This document shows positions 12,883 to 25,300 of a stretch of DNA of 64,000 bases, in pieces (positions within the stretch are counted from its first letter, which is position 1; each line of letters begins with the position of its first letter). Location: the NCBI RefSeq assembly GCF_009914755.1, contig NC_060927.1. The stretch is one strand, 5' to 3'. Under the pieces are notes generated by a model. That model did not search any database, had not been told where the DNA came from, and saw only the letters and a list, made by a program, of their open reading frames with translations. This DNA comes from the human T2T-CHM13v2.0 reference genome, Homo sapiens. Position numbers and translations under genes: made by a program.

Positions 12883-13662
12883 TGTGTTAGTTTCCTAGGA
12901 CTGTCATGGCAAAGTACAACTGCTTTTCCTTCTGAGCATGTGGGTTCCAAACCCATGGATTCAATCAACTGTGAATTGAAAATATTTGAAAGAAAAATGG
13001 ATAGTTGCATCAGTACTAAACATGAACAGTTTTTTTTCTTGTCATTATTCTCCAAATAGCACAGTGTAATAACTGTTCACATAGTATTTACATTGTATTA
13101 GGTATTACAGGTAATGTAGAGATGATTTAAAGTGTGCAGTAGGATGAGCATAAGTTGTATGCAAATATTATATACACCATTTTATATGAAGTACTTAAGC
13201 ATCTGTGGATTTTAGTACCCATGGTGTGTCCTGGAACCAATTCCCACAGATACTGAGGGACTACTGTACCACAAACTGGGGAGCTTAAAATAAGAGAAAT
13301 GTATTCTCTCAGTTCTGGGGACTAGAAGTCTGAAATCAAGGGATCAGCAGGGCCATTTATCCCCTAGACCCTGGGTAGAATCCTTTCTTACCTATTCCTA
13401 TTTCTAGTGGTGGTCATCAATCCTGGGCATTCCTTGGCTTCAAGCTGCATCTCTTCAATTTCTGTCACATGACATTCTCTCTGTGTGTTTCTGTCTTCTT
13501 TTCTTAAGAGGACATCATCATCTTGGTTCAAGGCCCACAATAATAAATCTCATATGAACTTGGTTACAACTGCAAAAACTTTATTTTCAAATAAGTTCAC
13601 ACTCACAATTACTGGAATATGTTCAACGTATGTTTTTCAGGGACACAATTGAACTCATAATC
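12883..13662 (-). mobile_element. MLT1C-like MaLR solo LTR, interrupted by Tigger3a
   Basis: 'tgtgttagtttcctaggactgtcatggcaaagta' joins 'ccacaaactggggagcttaaaa...'. Ends 'ggacacaattgaactcataatc'. Degenerate TSD ggcgc/ggcat. Confidence 0.85.
12917..13266. mobile_element. Tigger3a-like (MER7A) TcMar-Tigger element, full length
   Basis: 350 bp. Contains 'tgggttccaaacccatggattcaatcaac...tttacattgtattaggtatta...cctggaaccaattcccacagatactgagggactactg'. TA duplicated on both sides. Confidence 0.9.
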
Positions 13663-14514
13663 GGCATCTATTATATTACAGGCCCTATTCAAGGTGTTGA
13701 GGACACAGCAGTAAGAAAAACAAAGAAAGGAAACCTTGTAATAAAAGACATAACATCCATCTTTGCTTTGGGAAATGTTTGGCTTCATATCTACACAGGA
13801 GTTTCTTCTTGCATAGTTTTTCCATCCCAACTATTTTACACTTTTCCAATCCATTAGTGCTGGACTCTTTACAAATTCAGCTTTTTACCAGATTTGTACA
13901 CAATTTAGAAAAAATGTTTTCATTGCATGTCCAGGCTAGTAAGTTATTAATCCAATAGTAGATTAAAGCTAAACAGTATCAAGAAGACATATCCACAACA
14001 TCCCCTTATATCTGTTTAACGGATGTGGAAACCTGACCCATCTTATCACTCTGATTATATCGCAACATTTGCTAGGCAGCAATAATGGTATGCACAGCCC
14101 TCCAATTACCAAATTAGACATGGTCCTGACTCAATTGGCATATTGTCAAATTGGACAAAGACACGAGGCAAACAAACATTAGAAGGATGTGAGTAACAAT
14201 GAAGAAAACTGAGTATTTTCGTTGCTGTTTTTTTCTTTTATCATTTGTACTATAAATGTTGAAATTCTGAAAGCATTAAACGGAAAAAATAGAAAATCAT
14301 ATTTAAACTTTTGATGAAATTAAAACATGTTACTAGAACATTTCAGCAATTTGGAGGATACAGAGAGAAAGTTAATCCTCCCTGACTGCTTTTTATTTCT
14401 CTGCCCTTTGTAATGTATAATATGGTTTCACATGTGTATGTAAAGAAAAAATAGGATGGCTTATGCACATAGTTTGCAATTTACTTTCCTCCTCCCCCAA
14501 CAGTTCTGCCACAT

Positions 14515-14990
14515 ACTGAGAGTGGTGTGCTGAAATATCCAGCAATTATGGATTTATCCATTTCTCCAATCAAAACTGTCAGGTTTTGTTTTTATACTTT
14601 GAGACTATGTTAGTAGGTACACGCATATTTAGGATTGTTATGCTTCTCAGTAGATTAACACTTTTATCACATAAAATGTCTATCTCTAGTTCTAATATGT
14701 CTTGCCTTAAAATTGACTTTGCCTAGTATAAGGAAACGGAACCAATTTTCTTTCAATTGGTGTTTCATGGTATAGCTTTTTTACCACCCTATTTCTTTCA
14801 AAAATTATGTTTTTTTCTATTTAAAGATATCTGTTGTAAGCAGTATATAAATTAGCTTTGCTCTTTATTTTATCCAGCTTCGCAGCCTTTGTTTTTTAAA
14901 TGGAATATTATATATCAAATATAATGATTAATAATTTAGCATTAGTTCCACCATCTTAGTATTTGTTTTGCATTTGCTCCATCCACTTTT
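14515..14990 (-). mobile_element. Old L1M ORF2 fragment
   Basis: 'tactgagagtggtgtgctgaaatatcc...tttgagactatgttagtaggtacacgcatatttaggattgttat' is typical antisense L1M sequence. Confidence 0.7.
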
Positions 14991-16885
14991 TTGAATTCTG
15001 CAATATTTTTTAATTAAACTTTTCCTTTTGAGGTAACTGTAGATTGACTTTCAGTGTAGGAAATAATACAGAGAGAGTCCTTATACTTTTTACCCAGTTT
15101 GCCTCACAGGTAACATCTTGCGAAACTGTAGTACAACATTAGAGTCAAGATAGTGGCTTGATTGTGGATTGATAGAGTCAAGACAGAAAACATTTTTCTC
15201 ACCACTAGGATCCCTTGTGTTGCCCCTTTAGAGCCGCATCAACTTTCCTCATATTCCCACCCCGTCCTTAAACCTTGATATCCCTAATATGTTCTCTATT
15301 TTTATATTTTTGTCGTATCAAGAATTTTATGTAAATGGGATGATGTAATGTGATCATGTAATCTTCTAAGATTGGCTTTTTGCACTCAGCATAATTCTCC
15401 AGAGATTCATTCACATGAATGTGTTTATTTATAGTTTGTTCCTTTATATTGTTGATTAATATTCCATGATAGAGATGCACTGCAGTTTGTTTAGCCATTC
15501 ATCTATTGCAGGACATCTGGGCTTCTTCCATTTGGGGGCTACAAATATTCATGTAGAAGTATTTGTGTAAACACATGTTTTTTCTTTGTCTGGGATAAAT
15601 GCCCAGAAATGCATTTACTGAATTACAGAAATGTAGTTACATATTTAATTGTGTTCAGTTGTTTTAAAATTGCTATATTGTTTTTTAAAGTGGCTGTATG
15701 ATTTTACAGTCTTTCTAGAAATCCAGTGATTCAGTTTCTCTGCACCTTCACCAGCATTTCGTGTTGTCATTATTTCTTTTTTTATTTTATCCATTCTGCT
15801 AAGTGTGCGGAAATATCTCATTGTGGTTTTAAATTGCATTTCTCTAATACCTGTGAGTTTAAACATCATTTCATGTGCTTTTGTGCCATCCATACATCCT
15901 CAGTGAAATGGTCCTTCATGTTGATTGCTCATTTTAAAAATTGAAATACTTACGTATTTACTGTTGAGTTTTGAGAGTTCTAGATATTAATCTTTAGTTG
16001 GACATTTGGTTTGCAAATATTTTCTTCTGCTATGCAACTTCTCTTTTTATTCTCTTAAGTTGTTAGAGAGCAAAAGTTTTTAATTTTAATGAAGTTCAAT
16101 TTATCCATTTTTCCTTTTATTGATTATGCTTTTGGTGTCAAGTGTAAAAACTCTGCTTAACCCTAGATTCTGAAGATTTCTCCTACATTTTTTCCTAAAA
16201 CATTTATAATTTTACTTTTGACATTTAACTTTGTGATCCATTTTGAGTTAATTTTTACATAAGGTATGATGCTTACATTCATTATTTTGCCCATGGATGT
16301 CCAATATAAATTGTTCAAAAGTTACATTTTCTATAATTAATTGCTTTTTCACTTTTGTCAGAAACCAGTTACCTGTATCAATAAAAAATCAGTTACTTTT
16401 GTGGTTCTATTTCTGCGTATAATCTGTTCTATCAATGTGTCTCTCTGTCCACCAGTATCACACTTCCAATATCCCTGAAATTGAGTGGGCTAATTCCTCT
16501 GACTTTGTTGTTTTTCAGAATTATTTTCACTATTTTAGTTCTTTTGCCTTTCCATGTAAGTTTTAGAATAGTCATGTAAAAATATTTTTCTGAGATTCTA
16601 ATAGGAATTATGTTAAACCTTTGTATCTGTTTGGGAGAATTGACGTCTTTCCTGTATTGAGTCTTATAATTGGTAAAAGAGTGTGTCTTTCATTTATTAG
16701 CTCATTGTTTCACTTCTGTCATCAGCATTGTGTAATTTTCCACATAAAAGTTCTATACATATTTTGATAGAGTAATACTTAAGTATTTCATATCCAGTAT
16801 TTTTCAGTGATTTTACATGGTATTGCATTGCTAATTTTGGCCTTCATGTGTTTGTTGTTGTTACATAGAAAGGCATGTGATTTTC

Positions 16886-17150
16886 TTTTTTTTTATTTTT
16901 TATTTTATTTTATTATTATTATACTTTAAGTTTTAGGGTACATGTGCACAGTGTGCAGGCTAGTTACATATGTATACATGTGCCATGCTGGTGTGCTGCA
17001 CCCATTAACTCATCATTTAGCATTAGGTATATCTCCTAATGCTATCCCTCCCCCCTCCCCCCACCTCACAACTGTCTGCAGAGTGTGATGTTCCCCTTCC
17101 TGTGTCGATGTGTTCTCATTGTTCAATTCCCACCTATGAGTGAGAACAAG
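16886..17150 (-). mobile_element. Young 5'-truncated L1PA (L1PA2-4-like) 3' end
   Basis: 'tatactttaagttttagggtacatgtgcaca...cattaggtatatctcctaatgctatccctcccccc...cacctatgagtgagaac'. Perfect 14-bp TSD ggcatgtgattttc (16872-16885 and 17151-17164). Confidence 0.95.
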
Positions 17151-17251
17151 GGCATGTGATTTTCACATTTTTATCTATTTTCTGCAAACTTACTAAGCTC
17201 ACTTATAAGACTTAGAAATTTTTTGTAGAGTCCTTAGAATGTTCTACATAA

Positions 17252-17639
<388 letters not shown>

Positions 17640-20587
17640 CAATCAGTAGTTTTATAATTTCCAATACAGTGTTTGGTGAGAGCAGACATCATTGACTAAT
17701 TCTTGATTGGTGGGGAGGAATTCAATCTTTCACCATTAAGTAGAATGTTAGTTGTAGGGTATTTTTGGTAGATTTTCTTTATCAGGTTAAGTAAGTCCCT
17801 CATTATTCCTGTTTTTCTGAGAGTTTTACCAAGAATGAGTGTTGGTATTGTATCAAATGCTCTTTCTACATTAATTGATATAATTAAGTGAATATTCTAC
17901 ATTCATCTTTTAATACGGTAGATTACTCTGCTTATTTTTCTTTTTTTTTTCTTTTTTTAAATAATAAACCAGTCTAGAATCCCTGGCATAAACATCCCTG
18001 GAATAAACCCCACTTGATCATGGCACATTATTCTTTATATACATTGTTGAATTCTATTTGCTAATATTCTGTTAAAGTTTTTATGCCTATAGTATTGAGA
18101 TATTGATCTATAGTTTTCATTTTGGGCTTGTTTTGTATCAGAGTAATATTAGCTTCATAAAATTATCTGGGAAGTGTTTCCTCCTCTTCTATATTCTGGA
18201 AGAGATGGTGTAGAATCAGTTATTTAACATTTGGTAGATTTCTTCAATGAAACCATATGGGCCTGGAGATTTTCTTTTTTTTGAGGGGTCTAAAATCATG
18301 AATTCAATTTCCTTAAAAGAAGCTCCTCATGGAGCTAGACTAGTCATGTTATCTATTTCATATGGGTAATTGCGATAGTTGATTTTTTTTTGAGGAAGTG
18401 GTCCAGTAGTCTAAGCTGTCAAATGTATATATATTCCATTCCTGATATTAGTAATTTGTGTCCTCTCTCTCTTTTTTGTCAGTCTTGCCAGAAGTTTTTC
18501 AATGTTATCAATATTTTAAAATAAAACAGCTTTGGTTGATTGAAATTCATTACTGTTTTCCTGTCTTCAATTTCATTGAGTCTATGCTTTATGATTCCTC
18601 TGCTTTTGCTTGATTTGGTGTATTTTACTGTAATGTTTCTAGGTTCTTGAGGTGGAACTTGGATTATTAAAATGTCTTTTCTTTTTTTCTTATGTTTGTA
18701 TAAATCACCCTCTCCATACTGAGCTGTGTCTCACAAATTTTGATATGTTGTATTTTAATTTTTATTCAATTCAATGTACTTTTAATATTTCCCTTAAACG
18801 TTTTCCTTAATCTATGGACTATGTAGAAATGTGTTGTCTACTATTGAAGTATTTGGAGGGTTTTTTCTTTTATCTCTGTGTGATTGATTTTTATTTTAAT
18901 CCCCTTTTGGTCAAAGAACATAATCTGTATGATTTTAATTTTTTTAAACTTGTGACCCAGTGTAAGGTCTATCTTGGAATATTGTGCCTGGGAACTTGGA
19001 AAGAATGTGTACTATGTGGTCATTGAATGAAATATTATAAATGTTCAATCCTGTTAGCTGATAATGCTGCTGAGTTCTCCTATATCCTTTTTAACTTTGT
19101 GTCTAGTTATTCTATTAATTGTTGAGAAAGAGGTGTTTTAACTTCCATCTGTATTTGTCTATTTCTCCTATTGGTGCTATCAGATTTTGCTTCACGTATT
19201 TTGCAGCACTGTTTTCAGTACTGTTTTCAGCACTGTGATGCAAACACTTTTAGCATTGCTATGCAGTGATAGAGGGATGTTTTTATCATCACATAATGTC
19301 CTTATCTCTGGTAATTTTTCTTGCTCTGAAGTTTATTTTACGTAAATATAGCTATTTCTGCTTTCATTTGAGTATTCTTTGCATGTTATCTTTTTCCACC
19401 TTTTATCCTTCAAGTTTTTACTTTTTAGCTGGCTGTCTACGGTAAGTTTTTTTGTAGACAGTATGTAATTGGGTCACATTTTTAATCCAATTGCAAATTT
19501 CTGTATTTTAATTGGTGTGTTTAGCTCATTCACATTTAATGCACTTATTTGTAGGCTAGGGCTTAAGTCTGTCATTTTATTTTTTGTTTTCTGTTTTCTC
19601 TCTCTCTGATTTTTGTTTTCCTGTTTTCTTTTCCTGTAACTTATCATGGTCTACTGATGTCAATTCGCTGGTTCGTGTGAAGTGTAGAAACCTTAGCTTG
19701 TGTCTCTTTACTCCACGATTGCTCTACATACATGTAGAACTATGTGAGACTGTTAAAATTTTTGCTGCAACCATGAAACCTAATACAGAAAACTCAAAAG
19801 GTAAAGAAAAGACTATTGTATTTACCTATATTTTTCCTTACCATGTTTTTTCTTCCTTTGTAATGTTCTATAGTTGTTTCTCTTATTTTCTTTTTGTTTA
19901 GAGAACTTCCCTTAGCTATTCCTCTAAGACAGGTATCCTAGTGGCAAATTCTCTTCATTTTCCTTTATCTGAGAATGTCTTAATTTTGACATTTCATTTT
20001 TCTCACATTCAAAATGTGCTGCTTCCCTGTAGCCCCCATGGTTTCTAATGAAAAATCCACTGTCATTTGAACTGTTTTCCCCCTATAGATAGGGTATAGT
20101 TTCTCTCTTGATATTTTAAATATTTTTATCTTTTTCTTAAGTTTTCAAAAGCTTAATTACAATGTATTGTGACGTGAATTTCTTTAGTTTATCTTGTTTG
20201 GGATTTGCTCAACTTTTTCAATCTGTAGCTTTATGTCTCTTGCCAAATTTGGGGAATTTTCTGCCACTATTTCTTTGAGTACTTTTTCAGCCCTGTTCTT
20301 TTTTCCTGTCCTATAGGACTTCTGTGATAAGAATGCTAGATCTTTAGTTATTGTCCTATAGGTCCCTGAGACTCTGCCTCTCTTTGGCAATCTATTTTTA
20401 TCTCTTTTGCTGATTGGGTAATTTCTATTTTTTTTTTTTTTAACCTGTTTCAGTCACTATTCTTTCCTATGTCTCCTTCATTCTGCTACTGATCCCATCC
20501 ACTGAGATTTATTTTGTAAATTTTTGGTAAATTTTTATATTTTCTATGTTACTGAAAATTGGGGAAAAATAGCCTTTTTAAAAATAG

Positions 20588-21376
20588 TGATATGGACAGG
20601 AGGCAGAGAAATAGTGGGTAGAAGAAGGTGGTCCCTGGAGAGGGCCACACCCTCAAGCCTTGGACCGCAGTCCAAAGTGAGAACATGCATTCCAGTTTGC
20701 TGGTTCGAATGTTGCTTTTTGGCCTATCCTATCCCCCAATCCTGTACCTGTAAAAACCCAGGCCCCACTGGCAGAGGGGCATCAGAGTGGCAGAGCAGTT
20801 GAGTAGCAGAGCAGAATGGCAAAGAAGGAGACAAAAGAAGCAGCAGCCAGGCATCAGAGAGCAGTAGCTTGACTTTGGAGGGAGAGCTTGATGCTGAACT
20901 CTACAGGAAGACCACCTTCCCACTCCATCCCCTTTCTATCTCCCCATCCTCTGAGAGCCACTTCCACTGCTCAATAATATCCTCCACGTTCCCCAACCTT
21001 CAATTAATTCATGCAACCTGATTCTTACTGGATGCCAGACAAGAACTCAGGTACCAAGAGGGTGGGTGCAAAAGACTGCCGCCCTGACCTTCACTGAGCT
21101 GTTAAACACTTAAGCTGTCCGTGGACAGCAATGCTAAAGGAGTACACTGTAACACATGCCCTCTGGGGCTCCGGGGATCACAGGTAACCCCCAGATGCTG
21201 CCATGGGGCCGTATAGAGTTCTGTTCCTGCCAGCACCCAGAAGCACTTGTCTCTGCCCCTGCACTCACTCACCTGTGTGCTCCCCCTCCCATGAGGGGTT
21301 GAAAGCTGAAGGCTAAGTAAATGAACCAACCTCCTTGCAAGTCCTGTGAAGGGGTCAAGGGAACTATCCCGTTTCA
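20588..21376 (+). mobile_element. MER50-like ERV1 solo LTR
   Basis: TG...CA termini: 'tgatatggacaggaggcagagaaatagtgggtagaag' to 'aggggtcaagggaactatcccgtttca'. 4-bp TSD atag (20584-20587 and 21377-21380). Confidence 0.9.
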
Positions 21377-22159
21377 ATAGTTTCTATCTATTGCTATTAT
21401 ATGTATGTCATCTGTATGTATGGTTTCTAGTAATATTGCTAAGTTTTTAAATTAATTAAAACCATTTATGCGTAGCTTGTTTTGAATTTTTAAAAATGTA
21501 AACAATTGTATCATCTGAGAATAATGAGTCTTCAGTTTCTTCCTTTCTAGATCTTTCATTTTTTTCTCTTTGATCTTCTGCACTATCTAGGTATTCTGTA
21601 ATTTGTAGGTAAAAGGTAATATTTCTAATCTTTAATAAATAAAACAATAAGAAATTAAGTGGTTTGTTTCCCCCAAGATTGCAAAAGTCATAAATGTATC
21701 TTTCCAGTGTTTTATACTATACTACATCAATTCTGTCAATCATGATTTTATTGCCACAAAAGTAGAAAGACCTGAAAATGAGCAGTTAACATACTGAATT
21801 GCAACACCTTTCAACCTCTACCACAACAACCATCACTATAGGGGAAATTAAGGATAAATTAATGCTATTTTCAGTAATTATATATTTTTGCTTTATTTCT
21901 CCCATCCTGAACTTTCTGAATATAGCTAGTTCAGCAAATTTGGAAATCCAAAAGTGTACCAGTGCTAAGACACATTCTGTTTGGACTTTATTCGTGTTAG
22001 AATTTATTTCAGTACAAATATTCTGTGTTTTCATCATTAACAGTTCAAAGATATCACTTTTATTAATTCAAATCTACCCTTAATACTTTTTTTTCTGAGA
22101 AAATGTCATGGTATAGAGAAAAAACTTGGTTTTTGGAATTAGACATTATACAGTTCTTT

Positions 22160-22280
22160 TTAAAACCTTCTAAATTTTGAGATAATTGCATATTTACATG
22201 TAATTATAAGAAATAGTATGGAGAGACAGAGAGATCCTGTGTACCCTTTAACATCTTTTCCCCAATAGTAACATCTTACT
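22160..22280 (-). mobile_element. Short L1MC/MD 3' end fragment
   Basis: 'tttgagataattgcatatttacatg...gagagatcctgtgtaccctttaac...cccaatagtaacatctt' resembles the L1 end at 15030-15125. Confidence 0.7.
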
Positions 22281-23037
22281 ACTTATTGTCTGTATTTCCT
22301 TCTATAGGTAGTCTTCCTTTGGATAGTAATAACTATACAGTAGGCATATATTTTTAAACTGTTATAATGCAACCTTTAGGTCTTCTCAACAGTCGTAATT
22401 CCTTCAATTATTTATCATATGTCACAGTTACAAGGCCATGTTATCATTCTATTATCAGTCCAAGTACAGATATTTCATTTTATTGTTATTCTTTTACTGT
22501 TAATTTCATTGTAGTTAAAGAATGGTGTCTCTATGAATTATGCTTTTTGAAATTTGAGGTTTTATTTGTACTTGAAGATAATGTAAACTCTGTATTACAT
22601 CAAGCTTATTATTTGCATTCCAGTTTTCAATGTTCTCATATGTTCTTGTTTATCTGGCAATTGCTGAGTAAAATGAATTTAGGTGTTGTGTTATGATGAC
22701 AATTTGTTAATTTTTTACTTTTTTCTATTACCAGTTAAAGTTTATATTTTTGATTAGATATTAACATACACTTGATGCTTAATATAGTATTTGAAATATT
22801 TAATGAAGTAGTTTACATAAAGATACAGGATAATTGCATGGTTTTGTTAGGATGACTATCATGTTACATATACTTCATGTCTATCTAATGTTTTTTGCAT
22901 AGTCTATTTTGAATAATTTTAATGTTGATATTTTAGCCTTTGTCAGTCTTTTCCAGATATCTCTCAAAAAAATTTTAAACCTTTATATGTAATGCTTTTT
23001 CAAGTTTGTTTTATATATGTGGCTGATTTAAAAAAAT

Positions 23038-25300
23038 CAGAGAAACTTGAAGCTTTCCCTCTAGGATCAGGAATAAGGCAACGATGTCTTTTCTGATCAA
23101 TGCTTTTTTAACACCACACTGAAAGTCTTAGCTAATGCAATAAGAAAAGAAAGAAAAGGAATACAGCTCAGGAAGGAAGAAATAAAACTGTCCTTTTTCC
23201 TGGATGGCATCATCATGTATATAGAAAATCCAAAGAACTGACAAAACAAAACAAACCTCCTGGAACTAATAAGCAATTATTGTAAGGTTATAGTTTAAAG
23301 GGTTAATATACAAAAGTCAATCGCTTTCCTACATAACAGGAATGAACAAATGAAATTTGAAATAAAAAATATGCCATACTATTTGCATTAGCATACAAAA
23401 GATGAAATACTTAGCTATAAATGTAACAAAATATGTCCACAATCTGTATGAGAAAAACTACAAAACTGATTTAAAAGAAAATAGAGTTAAATAAATGGAA
23501 AGACTTTCTATGTTTATGGATAGGGCGGCTCAATATTGTCAAGATGCTGGTTCTTTCTTACTTGCAATCCCAATCAAAATCCTAGCAAGTTATTTTTGTG
23601 ACTATTGAGGGGGTAAAAGATCCAAGATAACTAATACAATATTGACAAAGAACAAAGATCTAGGGCTGATACTACACAACTTTAAGACATGCTGTAGAGC
23701 CACAAAAATAAAGACAGTGTGGCATTGGTAAAAGAATAGGCAAATAGATTGATGGAACAGAAGAGAGAGCCCAGAAACAAACCCGCATAAATATAGTCAA
23801 CTGATTTTTCACAGAGGAGTAAAAGCAATCTGGTTAAAAAACATAGTCTTTCCAACAAATGGTACTGCCACAACTAGACATTCATAATGCAAAAAAAAAA
23901 AAAAAAAAAAAAAAAATCTAAACACAGACTTTATACCCTTCACAAAAATTAGCTCAAAATGGACCATAGACCTGAATGTAAAATACAAGATTATAAAATT
24001 CCTAGAACATAACAAGAGAAATCTAGATGACCTTGAGTTTAGTGATTACTGTTTAGACAAAAACCTAAGGCACAATCCATGAAACAAAGAATTGGTAAGC
24101 TGGGCTTTATTAAAATTAAAAATTTCTGCTCTGTGAAAAGCACTGCTAACAAAGTAAAAAGAAAACCCCAATGTTGGGAGAAAATATTTGTGAAAGACGT
24201 ATCTGATAAAGGATTGCTATTCAAAATATGCAAAGAACTAAAAACTCAACAATAAGAAAACAAACAAGCCAGTTAAAAAAGAAAGAAAAAAGAACCATAG
24301 ACCTTAATGAACACCTCACCTGAAAAAATCATACAGATGGCAAAGAGAACACAAAGAAATGCTCCACATTTTCTGTCATCAGGGAAACACAAATTAAAAC
24401 AACAAAAGATATCACTACACATTTATTAAAATGGCCAAAAACCAAATGCTAACACCACCAAATGCTGAGAGGATGTGGAGCAACCGAAAAGAGAACTGTC
24501 ATTCACTGCTGGTGAGAATGCAAAATGGTATAACCACTTCGGAAGATAGTTTGGCAGTTTCCTACCAAACTAAACATTCTTATAATACAAGTCCAGCAAT
24601 TGCACTGTTTACTATTTACCCAAAAGGATTGAAAATTTATGTCCACACGAAAACCTGCACATGGATGTTTATAGCAGCTTTATTCATAATTGCCAAATCT
24701 TAGAAACAACAAGATGTCCTTCAGTAGGTGGATAAATAAATAAACTGCAGTACATCTAGACAATGAAATATTCACTGCCAAAAAAAAATGTGTTATCAAG
24801 CCATGAAAAGAAATAGAGGAAACTTAAATGCATATTGCTGAGTGGAAAGACCCAATCTGAAAAGCCTCCATAGTGTATAATAAAAACTACATGACATTCT
24901 GGAAAAGGTAAAACTATGGAAATAGTAAAAATATCAGTGGTTGCCAAAGCTTAAGGGAGAGAGAGATGAATAGGCAAGCACAGAGGATTTTTAGGGCAGT
25001 AATACTACTCTGTATGATACCATAATTGTGGATACATGTTATTATAAATTTGTCTAAACACATAGAGTGTACGTCACCAAGAATGAACCCTACTGTAAAC
25101 TATGGGCTCTGTATGATAATGATGTGTCAATGTAGGTTCATCAATTGCAACAAATGTACCCCTCTGGTGGGAGATGTTGATAATGAGGGGGTTTGCATGG
25201 AGTTGGGAGGCAGGAGATATATGGGAATTCTTTCTGTCTTCTGCTCAATTTTATGGTAAAACTAAAACTGCTTTAACAAATAAAATTCTATTTTAAAAAA
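23038..25300 (+). mobile_element. L1MC1-like element, 3' ORF2 plus 3'UTR
   Basis: ORF 24431-24703 ends 'HTKTCTWMFIAALFIIAK', as in the L1 ORF2p C-terminus. 3'UTR 'gtaaactatgggctctg...tgtaggttcatcaattgcaacaaatgtacc...aaaactgctttaacaaataaa'. 'tttaaaaaaatc' occurs at both boundaries. Confidence 0.9.

Larger units (their letters stand above)
12850..13740 (-). mobile_element. L2 3' fragment interrupted by MLT1C
   Basis: 'aacaactatttattgggcgc' (to 12882) rejoins 'ctattatattacaggccctattcaaggtgttgaggacacagcagtaagaaaaacaaag' (from 13668), giving the antisense L2 3' end. Confidence 0.7.
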
